Assembly (NCBI GenBank): GCA_043228905.1
Contig: JBHGNT010000005.1
Span: 13,826,001-13,890,000 of the forward strand
Origin: Azolla caroliniana
Taxonomy: Eukaryota > Plantae > Polypodiophyta
Direction: 5' to 3'
DNA: 64,000 bases
In this document: piece by piece, positions 36,701 through 49,400 of the stretch
How positions within the stretch are numbered: the first letter of the stretch is position 1
How the letters are laid out: each line of letters opens with the position of its first letter
The notes under the pieces: model-generated
Database searches by the model: none
What the model was told of the DNA's origin: nothing
The model's input: only the letters and a program-made list of their open reading frames with translations
Translations under genes and position numbers: made by a program

Positions 36701-37821
36701 TTTACGGACTGAAGCAGGCTCCCCGGCAATGGTACCGGAAGTTTGACTCTTTCATGACCGACGAAGGGTACCACAAAACGCAGTCCGATCACTGCGTGTT
36801 TGTGAAGAAGTTCGAAGGAGGAGACTTTCTAATACTCCTCCTGTACGTGGACGACATGTTGATCGTCGGACGGGACCAGGTCAAGATACGGATGCTGAAG
36901 AAGGCTCTTCACCGAACCTTCTCAATGAAGGACTTGGGTCCGGCGAGGCAAATACTAGGGATGCACATCATCCGGGACCGGAAGAAGAAGCAGTTGTGGC
37001 TGTCACAGGAGAAGTACGTGACGAAGGTGCTTCACCGGTTCAACATGTCGGAAGCAAGACCGGTCGGATCGACCCTCCCGGCAAACTGCAAGCTGTCCAG
37101 CAAGCAAAGTCCCAAGACAAAGGCTGAAAAGGAGGATATGATGAAAGTGCCGTATGCCTCAGCCGTCGGGAGCTTGATGTACGCCATGGTGTGTACGAGA
37201 CCGGACATAGGATATGCAGTCGGAGTGGTGAGCCGGTACATGAGCAATCCCGGCAAAGAGCACTGGAACGCGGCCAAGTGGATACTCCGATACCTGAAGG
37301 GCACGGCAAACGTGTGCCTCCGATTCGGCTCCGGTAAGCCCGAACTCGACGGCTTTACCGATTCGGATATGTCGGCTGATGCAGATACCAGCCGGTCCAC
37401 ATCAGGGTATGTGATGACGTATGCAGGGGGAGCTGTTTCGTGGCAGTCGAGGCTGCAGAAGACGGTTGCGTTGTCAACCACGGAGGCGGAGTACATGGCG
37501 GCTGTTGAAGCCGGCAAGGAAATAATATGGATGAAGGACTTCATTAGAGAGCTCGGTATCCGGCAGGAGGAGTACCAACTCTACTGCGACAGTCAGAGTC
37601 CCATCCACCTTGCGAAGAACGCGGCCTATCACTCCCGGACGAAGCACATCCAGCGTAGATACCACTGGATCCGGGAAAGGATAGAAGACAAGGAGTTCGT
37701 GCTGACGAAGATCCACACGGACGAGAACGGGTCGGATATGCTGACCAAGGTACTTACACCCGACAAGCTGGAAGCATGCCGGAAGAGGATCGGATTGGAG
37801 AGACATCCCATGCCGAAGTGA
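33748..37821 (+). CDS. Copia I Gag-Pol polyprotein (Tnt1-like domain order)
   Basis: Uninterrupted ORF: CFHCGKPGHFRKNC, WVVDSAASFH, LWHKRLCH..CTDC, VHTDVC, ADNGGEY, NGLAERMN, QMDVKTAFLHG, LYVDDML, FTDSD, HSRTKHI. Confidence 0.96.
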   Translation: MEGGGSGPPGMMVLNSQNYADWKIKMEDLLIVRDLYEPIDNAEIPKGVIESEWKLLNRKAVATIRQYVDVSVLQHVANDTNAYEMWKKLSGLYERKNALNRTSLMRKIVNLKYRDGENMVEHVSTFMGFVNQLAAIKFPLEDAMQAIILMCTLPDSWENLVVTLSTSCTEDNLSLQTVKTSILNEEARQRDKEPASDSKALLTESERGRQWNRSPQRREKSGTRSQSRGRPTCFHCGKPGHFRKNCRHYRKDNGADDTDLKKSPERNGAYRGATDRRGSDRRGQDRKGTTALAASEEEIMLITEERELNLAGEEMTWVVDSAASFHLTPEKKYFSSYTAGEHDCVRMGNEGTCRIAGIGDVWLMTSTGCKMLLKDVRHVPEVRLNLISAGRLDDEGYTGSIRNGVMKFSKGSLIVARARKVNTLYLMNSRLCPEELNVAADTAGELWHKRLCHMSEKGMKRLAEDNLIPVKHVHLEKCTDCLAGKQNRTSFHSRPPTRRSAPLELVHTDVCQVETKSHGGAQYFVTFIDDHSRKLWTAPLKTKDQVLSVFKELHARVERESGKKLKAIRADNGGEYRGQFQEYCRSKGIRLEFTVPKTPELNGLAERMNRTIMERVRSMLAHAKLPKGFWAEAMSTATYVINRSPSVPLDGDTPQKVWTGKEVSYRHLKVFGCLAYVHVAKDRRGKLDPKTRPCIFLGYGDDEFGYRVWDPVDKKIFRSRDIIFMEDKTLADWESEKKMKSSKSTGEDKLYEEQSRPARDRLALEDPAEDGVETEPAEEDENDTGTGPDPEMDSDEEESEESVTEAPERRYPLRERRAPRRFPEPEHVLLTDEGEPESFEEAKHDTQSRRWLSAMQEEMDSLHENHTYELVELPKGKRALRNKWVFKLKPGDAGNPPRYKARIVVKGFQQKKGVDFDEIFAPVVKMTSIRTVLSIAASMDLEVEQMDVKTAFLHGDLEEEIYMQQPEGFEKKGKEHLVCRLKKSLYGLKQAPRQWYRKFDSFMTDEGYHKTQSDHCVFVKKFEGGDFLILLLYVDDMLIVGRDQVKIRMLKKALHRTFSMKDLGPARQILGMHIIRDRKKKQLWLSQEKYVTKVLHRFNMSEARPVGSTLPANCKLSSKQSPKTKAEKEDMMKVPYASAVGSLMYAMVCTRPDIGYAVGVVSRYMSNPGKEHWNAAKWILRYLKGTANVCLRFGSGKPELDGFTDSDMSADADTSRSTSGYVMTYAGGAVSWQSRLQKTVALSTTEAEYMAAVEAGKEIIWMKDFIRELGIRQEEYQLYCDSQSPIHLAKNAAYHSRTKHIQRRYHWIRERIEDKEFVLTKIHTDENGSDMLTKVLTPDKLEACRKRIGLERHPMPK

Positions 37822-38764
37822 AGGGGGAGTTTGTTGGGATTTCGGTCCCTCCGGATGGGATGTCCGGAGATGAATGACGGCAAGCCCGGTTGCGGTTACG
37901 GAACCGGATGATGAATAGTACCCGGCATGAAGCCGGATGAAGAGACCCCGACTACGGAGCCGGATGCTGAAGACCCCGGTTACGGAGCCGGATGCTGAAG
38001 ACCCCGGTTACGGAGCCGGATGACGAAGACCCGGCTACGGAGCCGGATGCTGAAGGCCCCGGTTACGGAGCCGGATGACGAAGACCCGGCTACGGAGCCG
38101 GATGCTGAAGATCCCGGTTACGGAGCCGGATGACGAATGTACCCGGAGAGAGATCCGGATGCGGGGACATATTTGTGAATATGCTTGCCAAGAGCCCCTT
38201 GAGGCTATATTTGTAAATAGCCCGAAAGTCATATGTGTATAAATATGACTTAGGGCAAACAGTTTTGTTGTTGCTTATTTTTCTGTTTTTCACCTAGAGA
38301 GAGTGAAGAGAGCAGCCGCGAGAGAGGGAGAGAGAGAGAGAGAGACGAAGAGGTCGTTGCCTCTGTGTATTACCGCCGCCTGTGGCGAAGACAGTGAGCT
38401 CAAGGTTGTTGCCTTGAAGCTTCACCATTGTACATCCCTGTTCATAGTGATAGTTGGAGTTTGAGGACTCCCGTGGTTTTTTCCATTTAGGGTTTTCCAC
38501 GAAAAATATCCTGTGTACTCTTCTCTCTACAGTCTCCGTGTACATTGTATTTCCTATTTTCTGTGAGTTGATCCTATTCCTCGGTTGTGGCCGAGCGAGG
38601 TTGTTCAACATTTTCCACGTAAACATCCTGTGTATTTCCTTGTGTACTCTCCATTTCCTATTTCTGTGTTTCATTCTCATAGAAGTGATTCAAGACTCAG
38701 TTGTGGCCGAGCAATATTCCACGGTATTCTCTACAAACTGGTATCAGAGCGAACAACACAGGAA

Positions 38765-41700
38765 ATGGAAGAATCGTTCGGCGGCATGTTCAAGCTCACC
38801 AGATCCAACTACTCAGTGTGGAAGCCAAAGATGAGGGATATGTTGGTGGTTAAAGATGTTTGGTTGCCGGTTCAGTTTGGGGACAAGAGACCGAATAAGA
38901 TCGACGCCACAACATGGGAGCTGATGCACATGAAAGCGACGACATACATCCGATGCTTCATCGAGATGAGCCTGTACAACAACTTCAATGAAGAGAGCAA
39001 GGCTCATGAACTCTGGGAGAAGATCGACATCATGTTCAAGAACAAGAATGTCATTAATTGAGTTTGGGTATTTTGGAAGCTAGTGAGGCTCCGGTACCAG
39101 GACGACTCCAGTATGGCGGAGCACATGAATGCCTTCTAGGGACTGATCCACCAGGCAACCTCGTTGGAAGTACCTCTTGCCGATGAGGTACTACACCGGC
39201 AAGGTTGACTTTGCTCCTGCTCGGTTCCCTCCCAGATAGTTGGGAGACGCTAGTTGTCACGTTGGGTAACACCGGGCTGGAAGGAAAACAGTTGTCCCTA
39301 GCAAGGGCAAAGTCAATCTTGCTAGATGAAGAACCTCGCTGGAAGGATCAGGAGTCCAGAACCGATCCGAAGGCCTTGGTCACGGAAGATGACCACAACT
39401 GGGGAAGAGGCTGGTATCAGAGTCCCATAAAACTAGGACAAATCAGGAACGAGGTCGAAGTCAAGGCGGAGGCCTACTTGCTTCTATTGTGGGAAGCCGA
39501 GGCACTTCTAGAAGAATTGCTAGCATTTCCTAAAGGAGAAAGGAACCAACTGTGCCGATTCGAAGAAGTGTTCGGACCGAAATGGTTCGGAACGGAGAGA
39601 ACCGGATCGGAAAGGAACATTGGCAATCTTGACAAGTGAAGAAGAAATGATGCTCATTACCAAAGAGAATGAGTTAAACCTTGTCGATGACGAGACAATG
39701 TGGGTTGTCGAGTCCGGAACGTTGTTCCACCTGACACCGGACCAGAGGTGCTTCTCATCCTACACAACAGACAATCATGGTTGTGTCCGGATGGGGAATG
39801 AAGGTATATGCCGAATTATTGGCATAGGAGATGTGTTGTTGACGACATCAACTGGATGCAAGTTGCTGCTGAAGGATGTCCGACACATTCCGGAGGTTCG
39901 ATTGAACTTGATATCAGTCGGTCGGCTAGATGATGAAGGCTACATAGGTAGCATCCGGAACGGAGTCATGAAGTTCAGCAAAGGGAGCCTAATAGCGGCT
40001 CGAGCCCGGAAGGCCAACAAACTATATCTGATGCATGCCCGAATATGTCGAGAAGAAGTGAACGTAGCATCCGACATTGCCAGTGAGCTATGGCACAAGA
40101 GGATGAAGAAGCTTGCTTAAGACAATCTTATTCCGGTGAAAGACGTGCAACTTGAGAAATGCACTGATTGTCTTAACGGCAAGCAAAACTGAACCTCCTT
40201 CTGGTCAAGACCACTGATGAGACGGATTGCACCATTGGAGTTGATGCATACCGATGTTTGTCAAGTGGACATGAAGTCACATGCCGGATCGCAGTACTTC
40301 GTGACGTTCATAGATGACGACAATCAGAAGTTGTGGGTCTCACCGTTGAAGACGAAGGATCAGGTGCTATCCATCTTCAAGGAACCTCGCGCGAGAGTGG
40401 AAAGAGAAACTAGCCAGAAGCTAAAGGCGGTTCGAACAGATAATGGAGGAGAATATTGGGGGGCAGTTCGAGGATTACTACTGGTCGAAGTGAATAGGGC
40501 TCGAATTTACCGTGCCGAAGACGCCGGAACTAAACGCGCTAGCTGAAAGGATGAACCGGACCATAATGGAGAGAGTCCGAAGCATGCTCGCACATGCCGA
40601 GATACCCAAGACGTTTTGGGCTGAGGCGCTAACGAAGATGACCTACGTGATAAACAAACTAACCTCAGAAAGTATGCATCGGCAAAGATGTATCTTACCG
40701 GCATCTGAAGGTGTTTGGGTGTCTCGCATACGTGCATGTGGCGAAGGACAAGAGATCAAAGCTGGATCCGAAGTCCTGGCCATGCATATTCCTTGGATAC
40801 AATGACGATGAGTTCTGTTCCCGGGTGTGGGATCTGGTTGACAAGAAGGTGTTCCAGAGTCGAGACATAACCTTCATGGAAGACATGACCATTGCCGACT
40901 GGGATCCGGAGAAGAATATGATGAACTCTGGATCATCCCATGGAAACTGGCTTGAGGACACAAGGATATACCCTATTGAAAACCGGATGACACTCGATGA
41001 ACCGGCCGGATACGAACAAGAAATTGAACCGACCAAAGAAGAAGAAGAATACACCAGAACTAGACAAGATCCCGAATCAGATTCTGATGAGGAACAAATG
41101 GAGGAACTGGTAGTTAGAAACCAAGGACGAAGATATCCTCTCAAAAAGAGAAGAGCGCCCCGGAGATTTCCGGATGCAGGCACGTGTTGCTAACCGATGA
41201 GGGGGAGTCGGAAAGCTTCAAAGAAGCAAAGAGAGACACCCACAACCGCAAGTGGTTGAGTGCCATGCAGGATGAAATGGATTCCTTGCATGTGAACCAC
41301 ATGTATGAACTGACGGAGTTGCCGAAAGGAAAGAGGGCACTCCGGAACAAGTGGGTGTACAAGCTGAAACCGGGAGATGCCAGAAACCCACCGAGATACA
41401 AAGCCCGGATCGTGGTGAAGGGGTTCCTATAGAAGAAAGGAGTGGATTTCGATGAGATCTTTGCTCCAGTAGTAAAGATGACATCCATCCGGATGGTATT
41501 GGGCATAGCGGCAAGCATGGATCTCAAAACAAGAGATCTACATGGCGACCTCGAAGAAGGATCTACATGCATCAACCGGAAGGATTTGAGAAGGAAGGTA
41601 AGGAGCACTTGCTGTGCCGGTTGAGGAAGAGCCTATACGGACTGAAGCAAGCTCCCTGGAAATGGTACCGGAAGTTTGACTCCTTCATAACCGACCAAGG

Positions 41701-42747
41701 GCACCACAAGACGCAGGCCGATCACTGCGTGTTTGTGAAGAAATTTGATGGAGGAGATTTCCTGATACTCCTCCTATATGTAGATGATATGTTGATCGTC
41801 GGACGAGACCAAGGCAAGATTCGGATGCTGAAGAAGGCTCTGAATCGGACCTTCTCAATGAAAGACTTCATCGGGGCCGGCAAGACAGATATCGGGAATG
41901 CACATCATCCGGGACTGGTCGAAGAAGCTATTGTGGTTGTCATAGGAGAAGTACGTGACAAAGGTGCTTCAACGGTTCAACATGTCGGAAGCAAAACCGG
42001 TCGGATTGACACTTCCGACAAACTGCAAGCTGTCCAAAAAACAAAGCCCTAGGACAAAGGCAGAGAAGACGGATATGATGAAGATTCCATATGCCTCTGC
42101 CGTCGGAAGCTTGATGTACGCGATCGTATGTACCCAGCCGGAAATCGGATATGCAGTCGGAGTGGTGAGCCGGTTCATGAGCAATCCCGGAAGAGAGCAT
42201 TAGAATGCGGTCAAGTGGATACTCCGGTATCTGAAAGGCACCTCGAGTATGTGCCTCCGGTAATCCCCAACTTGAAGAATTCACGGATTCGAATATGTCG
42301 GCTGATGCGGATACCATTCGGTCTACGTTCGGATATGTCATGACTTATGCAAGGGGAGCTGTTTCGTGGCAGTCGAGGCTGCAGAAGACGGTTGCATTGT
42401 CAACCACGGAGGCAGAGTACATGGCAGTTGTAGAAGCCGGCAAGGAGATAATCTGGATGAAGGACTTCATCGGAGAGCTAGGGATCCAACAGGAGGAATA
42501 CCGGCTCTACTGCGACAATCAAAGTGCCATCCACCTTGCAAAGAACGCGGCCTACCATTCCCGGACGAAACATATCTAGCGGAGGTACCACTGGATCCGG
42601 GAGAGACTAGAAGATCAAGAGTTTGTGTTGACGAAGATCCACACGAAGGAGAACAGGTCTGATATGCTGACCAAGGTTTTGACAACCGACAAGCTGTTCA
42701 TGTGCCGAAAGCGGATCGGGCTAATGAGACATCCCATGCTAGAGTGA
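38765..42747 (+). pseudogene. Copia H gag-pol pseudogene
   Basis: Fragmented ORFs collinear with elements E and I; many stops and frameshifts. Confidence 0.92.
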
Positions 42748-43434
42748 AGGGGGAGATTGTTGGGAAAGCGGTCCCTTTGGATGGGATCCGATGATGAATG
42801 AAGAGGACCTAGTGAGAACTGGAAGAGAGAATGTATTTGTAAATATGTTTTGTGAGTAAGCCTATTGAGGCTATATCTGTAAATAGCCCTAAGTTCATAT
42901 AAGTATAAATATGACTTAGGGCAATCACTTAGTATAGGGTGCATTGTGTTGTTGTCATACTGTTGTAACTATTGTATAGAGAGCGACAAAGAGAGAGAGT
43001 GTCTGAGATACAGAGTGATACTCTGTTGTAACCGCCGGTTGGTGAAGATACAAAGCGCGAGGTCGTTGCCTCTGAGGCTTTGAATGTACCTTTCTCATAT
43101 AGTGATAGTTTGGAGTCTGTGGGTTCCCGTGGTTTTTCCCTATTAGGGTTTTCGACGTAAACATCCTGTGTATTTCCTTGTGTACTCTCTATTTCCTATT
43201 TCTGTGTTTCATTCTCATAGAAGTGATTCAAGATTCAGTTGTGGCCGAGCAATATTCTGCGCTATTCTCTACAAATTGGTGGATCACGATATATGTATAT
43301 GGTATCGTAAATTGCATAAGGAGTTAGTTCGTATTCCATTCGTAATTCCATAGTTTCTTGACAGAACGTTCGACCCTGTTGTACTTTCAATCACAGTAAT
43401 CGATTGTCGACCGAACAACGCAATTTCCATAGCC

Positions 43435-46400
43435 ATGTCTACACCTCGTAAGTTATAGAGTTTGTGAGCAAACAAAAATATATGCGCGTCCTTTCTAAGC
43501 TCGACATGCTCACGAATAAATTTGTGTTACTAGAGCAAGAAAATCAAAGACTACTCGGGAACCTACAACACGTGCGTTCCGAGAAAGCGTAACAATATGA
43601 AGAGTTGTCACAACGGGTTCGCCAACTCGAGGCTACTATTACGAGAACAAGTGTCGGGGGTTCAAGACTATCCCAAAGAACCGAAGATTAGCCTCCCTAC
43701 TAAGTTTGATAGTACGAGGTCTCTATTTCGAGGCTTTTTGAATCAATTACATTTGGTTATTCAGTTACATCCCAATTAGTACCCAACGGAAGCTGCTTGT
43801 GTGGGATTAGTAGGAACCTTGCTAAGCGGCACAACACTAGCATGGTTTGCACCACTCCTCGAGAAGAAATCATCATTGTTGGAGGAGTTTGAGGCGTTTG
43901 TTAAGGATTTTTAAGCTAGCTTTGGAGACACCGACAACACTAGGACGGCAATAAACAAGATTCGAAAGCTCCGACAAGGAGATCGTCCCGTGTCGACTTA
44001 CATAGCCGATTTCCATCTATTGGCATGTGATATCTCTTGGGATGAGGCGGCTCTAATGGATCAATTCCGTCAAGGTTTGCGTAATGATGTCAAAGATCTA
44101 CTTCTTACCTTCCATGAAGATCCAAAGTCTCTTATATAGGCAATTAATCAAGTTGTGCGATGTGAGAATCACCTATTTGAGCGATGTTCGAAGCACCAAC
44201 AAATGCTATGCCGCCAACTGGAACAAACATACGCTTCTGTAGTCGCAACGCCTCCACAAGTTTCTAGACCCATCAAGAGGGATGGCCCAACCCCAATGGA
44301 AATAGAGTTGACACAATGTCAGGGCCCCTTATCGGATGCTGAGAAGCAACGATGTTGAGCACACCGCTCATGTCTATATTGTGGGGGTCCAGGACATATA
44401 GCTCTGAACTGTCCACATACACCTAGACGTCAAGTATACCAAGTAAGTGCACAAGACAACCCTACTTCAAGCTCTGTTATTACTTCTAATAACATAAGTA
44501 AGCCTAATAGTCCATGCCATGAGAATAGATTCGATGTCTTGAACGAATTTGAGGATGTGTTAAACGTGTAAGTCCGGCCAAAATAGGAGCCATTTGGTTG
44601 GAGCATCTGTAGAGTTAGTTCCTAGTCGTGGTTCCATTTCCTCAAATCAAGTTAGTCAAGTTTTTTTTGCACAAGTTGAGCTTAACACATCTACATTTCA
44701 TCAAGTCCTAGCCTCTGCCCTCCTAGATTCTGGATCCAACTCTTGTTTCATGGATCATTAGTTTGAATTGACACAAAACATCCTCTTAAATAAGCTCCCG
44801 AACCTAGTAGACGTAGAAGTCATCTATGGCCGTCCCATAACATTAGGTGATATAGTCGAAGAGTCTGAGCCCATTCGTGTAGTTCTTGGTGATTTGGCAA
44901 ACATAATCTCTTGCAACATTATTCGTAGTCCAGAAGACCCATTAGTTCTAGGTCTCCCTTGGTTTGAACTACATAACCCGAAGATTGATTGGATGAAAAG
45001 AACAATTGACAAGTCCAAAGAGAAAAGAACTACACTCGCATCCCTCCACACTCTGCTATTTGATACTCGATCCCATAAGTTATCAACCATCTCTCTCCAT
45101 CAGTTACATGAGGAAGGGGGAAACTAGGACATGTTCGTATTTGCGATCGTAGCAACTCCATCAAGCCCATCACCCGTCTTACCGGAGCCAAACATCCAAT
45201 TACAAAAACATACAAAGAGTTCTTAGATGTCTTGGATAAGGTGAAGGAAAATACACTGCTAGAGCATAGGCCATACGATTGCCCTATTGACTTATAACGA
45301 AGGAAAGAACCGCCATGGGGGCCAATTTATAATCTCTCACCTGTAGAGCTAGAGACTTTGTTGGAATATATCGATGAGAACCTGGCAAACGGATTCATCC
45401 AGCATTCTAGATCCCAGCGTGGTGCACCTATCTTCTTTGTTAAGAAGAAAAATGGGTCTCTTCGATTGGTCGTCGATTATCGAGGGCTGAACAAAGTAGC
45501 TATCCAGTAGATACGCTCTACCATTGATCTCAAACCTTTTGGAACGTCTCAGTGGAGCAAAATATTTCACAAAATTGGACCTTCGTGGTGCATATAATCT
45601 ATTTTGGATTTGTCCAGGGGATCAATGGAAGATTGCTTTTCACACTTGCTATGGAAATTTCGAGTATACCGTGATCTCAAACCTTTTGGAACGTCTCAGT
45701 TGAGCAAAATATTTCACAAAATTGGACCTTCGTGGTGCATATAATCTAGTGCGGATTTGTCCAAGGGATCAATGGAAGATTGCTTTTCGCACTTGCTATG
45801 GAAATTTCGAGTATACCGTGATGCCATTCGGTCTCACAAATGCACTTGCAATTTTCCAGCATATGGAGAATGATATTTTTCAAGATTTTCTTGATATGTT
45901 CACTATATTTTACTTGGATGACATTTTGATCTACTCGAAGATTGAAGAGGATCATGATAAACATGTTCGTCAGGTATTATGTCGAATGCGAGAATATGGT
46001 CTCTATGCAAAATTAGAAAAGTGCAGTTTCGGCTAGAATCAAGTGGAGTTTTTGGGGTATGTTGTATCATCAGTTGGTATCTCTATGGACCCAATGAAGG
46101 TTCAAACAATTTTAGATTGGAAAACACCCCTTTCAGTGCATGATGTACAATGTTTTCTCAGGTTTGAAATTTTTTATAGGAAATTCATTAAACATTATTC
46201 CAAGGTTGTGCTTCCGCTCACCCGACTCACACACAAAAATCAGCCATTCATGTGGAGTTAAGAGGCAATTGAGGCATTCGAAAGTTTAAAACCAACATTT
46301 ACAACAACACCTATTTCGGCACACGTCAATCATAAAAAACACTTCATCCTTGAAGTTGATGCATCTGACTTTGCATTAGGAAGTGTTCTATCGTAGACTG

Positions 46401-49400
46401 GAGATGACGGGCAGCTACATGATATTGCTTTTCATTCTCGAAAATTTGAAGCTACAGAGATTAATTATGAGATCCATGACAAAGAGCTTCTGGCAATTGT
46501 GGATTCTTTTCAACAATGGTGACATTTTCTAGAAGGTTCTTCTCAGCAGATCATTGTTTACAATGATCAGAAGAACCTGACATATTTCCAAAATGCTGGA
46601 GTCTTAAGTCAGCGACAAGTTCATTTGGCGCAATTTTTTACTCCGACTTTTCATTTGGCGCAATTTTTTACTCCGACTTTGTAATCCATGACAAAGAGCT
46701 TCTGGCAATTGTGGATTCTTTTCAACAATGGTGACATTTTCTAGAAGGTTCTTCTCAGCAGATCATTGTTTACAATGATCAGAAGAACCTGACATATTTC
46801 CAAAATGCTGGAGTCTTAAGTCAGCGACAAGTTCATTTGGCGCAATTTTTTACCCCGACTCACACACAAAAATCAGCCATTCATGTGGAGTTAAGAGGCA
46901 ATTGAGGCATTCGAAAGTTTAAAACCAACATTTACAACAACACCTATTTCGGCACATGTCAATCATAAAAAACACTTCATCCTTGAAGTTGATGCATCTG
47001 ACTTTGCATTAGGAAGTGTTCTATCGTAGACTGGAGATGACGGGCAGCTACATGATATTGCTTTTCATTCTCGAAAATTTGAAGCTACAGAGATTAATTA
47101 TGAGATCCATGACAAAGAGCTTCTGGCAATTGTGGATTCTTTTCAACAATGGTGACATTTTCTAGAAGGTTCTTCTCAGCAGATCATTGTTTACAATGAT
47201 CAGAAGAACCTGACATATTTCCAAAATGCTGGAGTCTTAAGTCAGCGACAAGTTCATTTGGCGCAATTTTTTACTCCGACTTTGTAATCATATATCGCCT
47301 AGGGATGCATCAAGGAAAAGTGGTTGCTCTTTCTCGATGCTCTTATATGGAACTTCAAGATCATACGACTACTGATGTGTTCGCGAAAGATTTTTTGGAT
47401 CATATCATCCCAGATCGCGCTTCTTGATCGCAATCGCAAAACCCTCGTATAGACTATAGTTAGTTCTATTGGCATAGTGGTTTTCTGTTTCGACAAAACC
47501 TACTGTATGTTCCTGATGGTCCCCCACGCTTGGAAGTCTTACAACATTGCCATGACACATCAATGGTTGGACATTTTGGAATCGCCAAAACTCTAGAATT
47601 AGTTTGTCGGCGATATTGTTGGCCTCGACTTCGTCATTTTGTGGAGGATTATGTCCGTAGTTGTGATACATGTTGTCAATCAAAGAGTTCTCGACACCGA
47701 TCATATGGTTTATTACCACCACTTCCAATTCCTAAAAATCCTAGGAAGTCTATATCCTTGGATTTCATTATCGATATCTCCCTGTTTCGAGGGGTTTCGA
47801 TACCATTCCAACCGTGGTTAATCGACTTACCAAGATGGCACATTTCATGCCATGTACAAAGTCTATTACTAGTCAAGAGACAATCTATCTAGTTATGTGA
47901 GAGGTATTCAAGCATCATGGTCTTCTAGATGATATTATTAGTGATCGAGGCCCACAATTCATCTCAAAGTTCTGGAAGCATATGTTAAAACTTCTCCAAG
48001 TTTCAGCTTAGCTTTCTTCAGACTATCATCCAAAGACTAATGGCCAAACCAAGTGTACCAACCAGACTTTGGAGCAATATCTTCGTTGTTTCATCAACTA
48101 TGAACAAGATGATTGGGTTGATTTTCTGCACTTGGCTGAATTCGCTTATAACAACTCGGTCCATTCTTCTACAAGATATTCTCCATGTTTCGCAAATACG
48201 GGTTCTCATCCTCGTTGGACGATGACTGAACACCCCAGAGTTCCTATCAACCCTGCTACTACGAATTGTCTCAGTTGCCTCCAAGAAATTCACACTACCA
48301 TTCTCCACAATTTGCGTGATGCTCAAAGTACATACAAGGGGGGACCATCATCGCCTAGACTCCTCAAAAAAGTTTCATGTCGGCGATCGTGTATGGCTTC
48401 TAGAACACAACATCAAGACCACTAGGCCTTGCCATAAATTAGATTACCAATGCTTTCACTAGTACGAGATCACTGGTAAGATAAGCGATATTGCATTTCG
48501 TCTTGCCCTCCCTCCTCACATGCATCTTCACCAGGGGTTTCATGTATCACTTCTCGAACCTTACACCACAAGTTCAATTTCGGGTCATCTTACAACTCCC
48601 CCATCACCTGTGGAGTTTTTGGAAGGACCGGAATTTGAGGTTGCTGCCATTCTCGATTCCAAGATCGTGCGCAACAAATTGTATTACTTGGTCAATTGGT
48701 TAGGCTATACATCCAATGATCGAACTTGGGAACTTGTAGTAAATCTTGTCAACGTTGCGGACATGGTCACCGAATTTCATCGACAATATCCTTGTAAGCC
48801 AGGTCCTAGTACAACCCATGTGACCCGTGATATGTGTCGTTGACGAAGGGGGATAGTGTCATGATGACACTCACATATGATTTGGGTTTACAAGGATTCT
48901 AACTCACAACCTTGTTTTATTCATGTCGAATTCTTAGCCATTGTAATGATATATTTATATGTATAAAGAATTTATAAACTATATAGAATATTATAAAGTA
49001 TTCTAGAGTACTCTATGTTCAAGAATGTTCTAGAATATTCTAGAGTGCTCTATGGTCTAGAATGTTCTAGAATATTCTAGAGTGCTCTATGGTCTAGAAT
49101 GTTCTAGAATATTCTAGCATACTCTTTATTCTAGGACTTTCTAGAATACCCTATTCGGACTTATAAATATGCATCTAATAATCAGGGATGAACCAATTTG
49201 GTTCAACACCAGTCTAGAGCTCCCTTGTCGTTTACTCATTGCAATCCATCTTATAGTGCAATATATTATCTTTACAATACTCTCTCTCTCTCTCTCTCTA
49301 GAGCCAAACAAGAGATAAACCATGCATTATGTACAACAATGAGCCACTTGAATGTGTGGAAAGCCTCAAATATCTTGGCCTTGAAGTTCCTCCAAATCAT

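Larger units (their letters stand above)
32938..38610 (+). mobile_element. Intact, very young Ty1/copia element I inserted in the 5' LTR of H
   Basis: 779-bp LTRs 32938-33716 and 37832-38610; TSD TTTTC (32933-32937 / 38611-38615); PBS TGGTATCAGAGC at 33720-33731; PPT GAAGGGGGAG. Confidence 0.97.
32543..43273 (+). mobile_element. Ty1/copia element H, full length, degenerate
   Basis: 5' LTR 32543-38735 (split by element I) and 3' LTR 42758-43273; PBS TGGTATCAGAGC at 38739-38750; PPT GAAGGGGGAGA; flanks AATTA / AATTG (4 of 5 match). Confidence 0.92.

Noticed and set aside
43274-43435. 5' LTR and PBS of element J
   Set aside because: No copy of the 48857-50490 LTR is visible upstream; TGGTATCG near 43300 is too weak to call.
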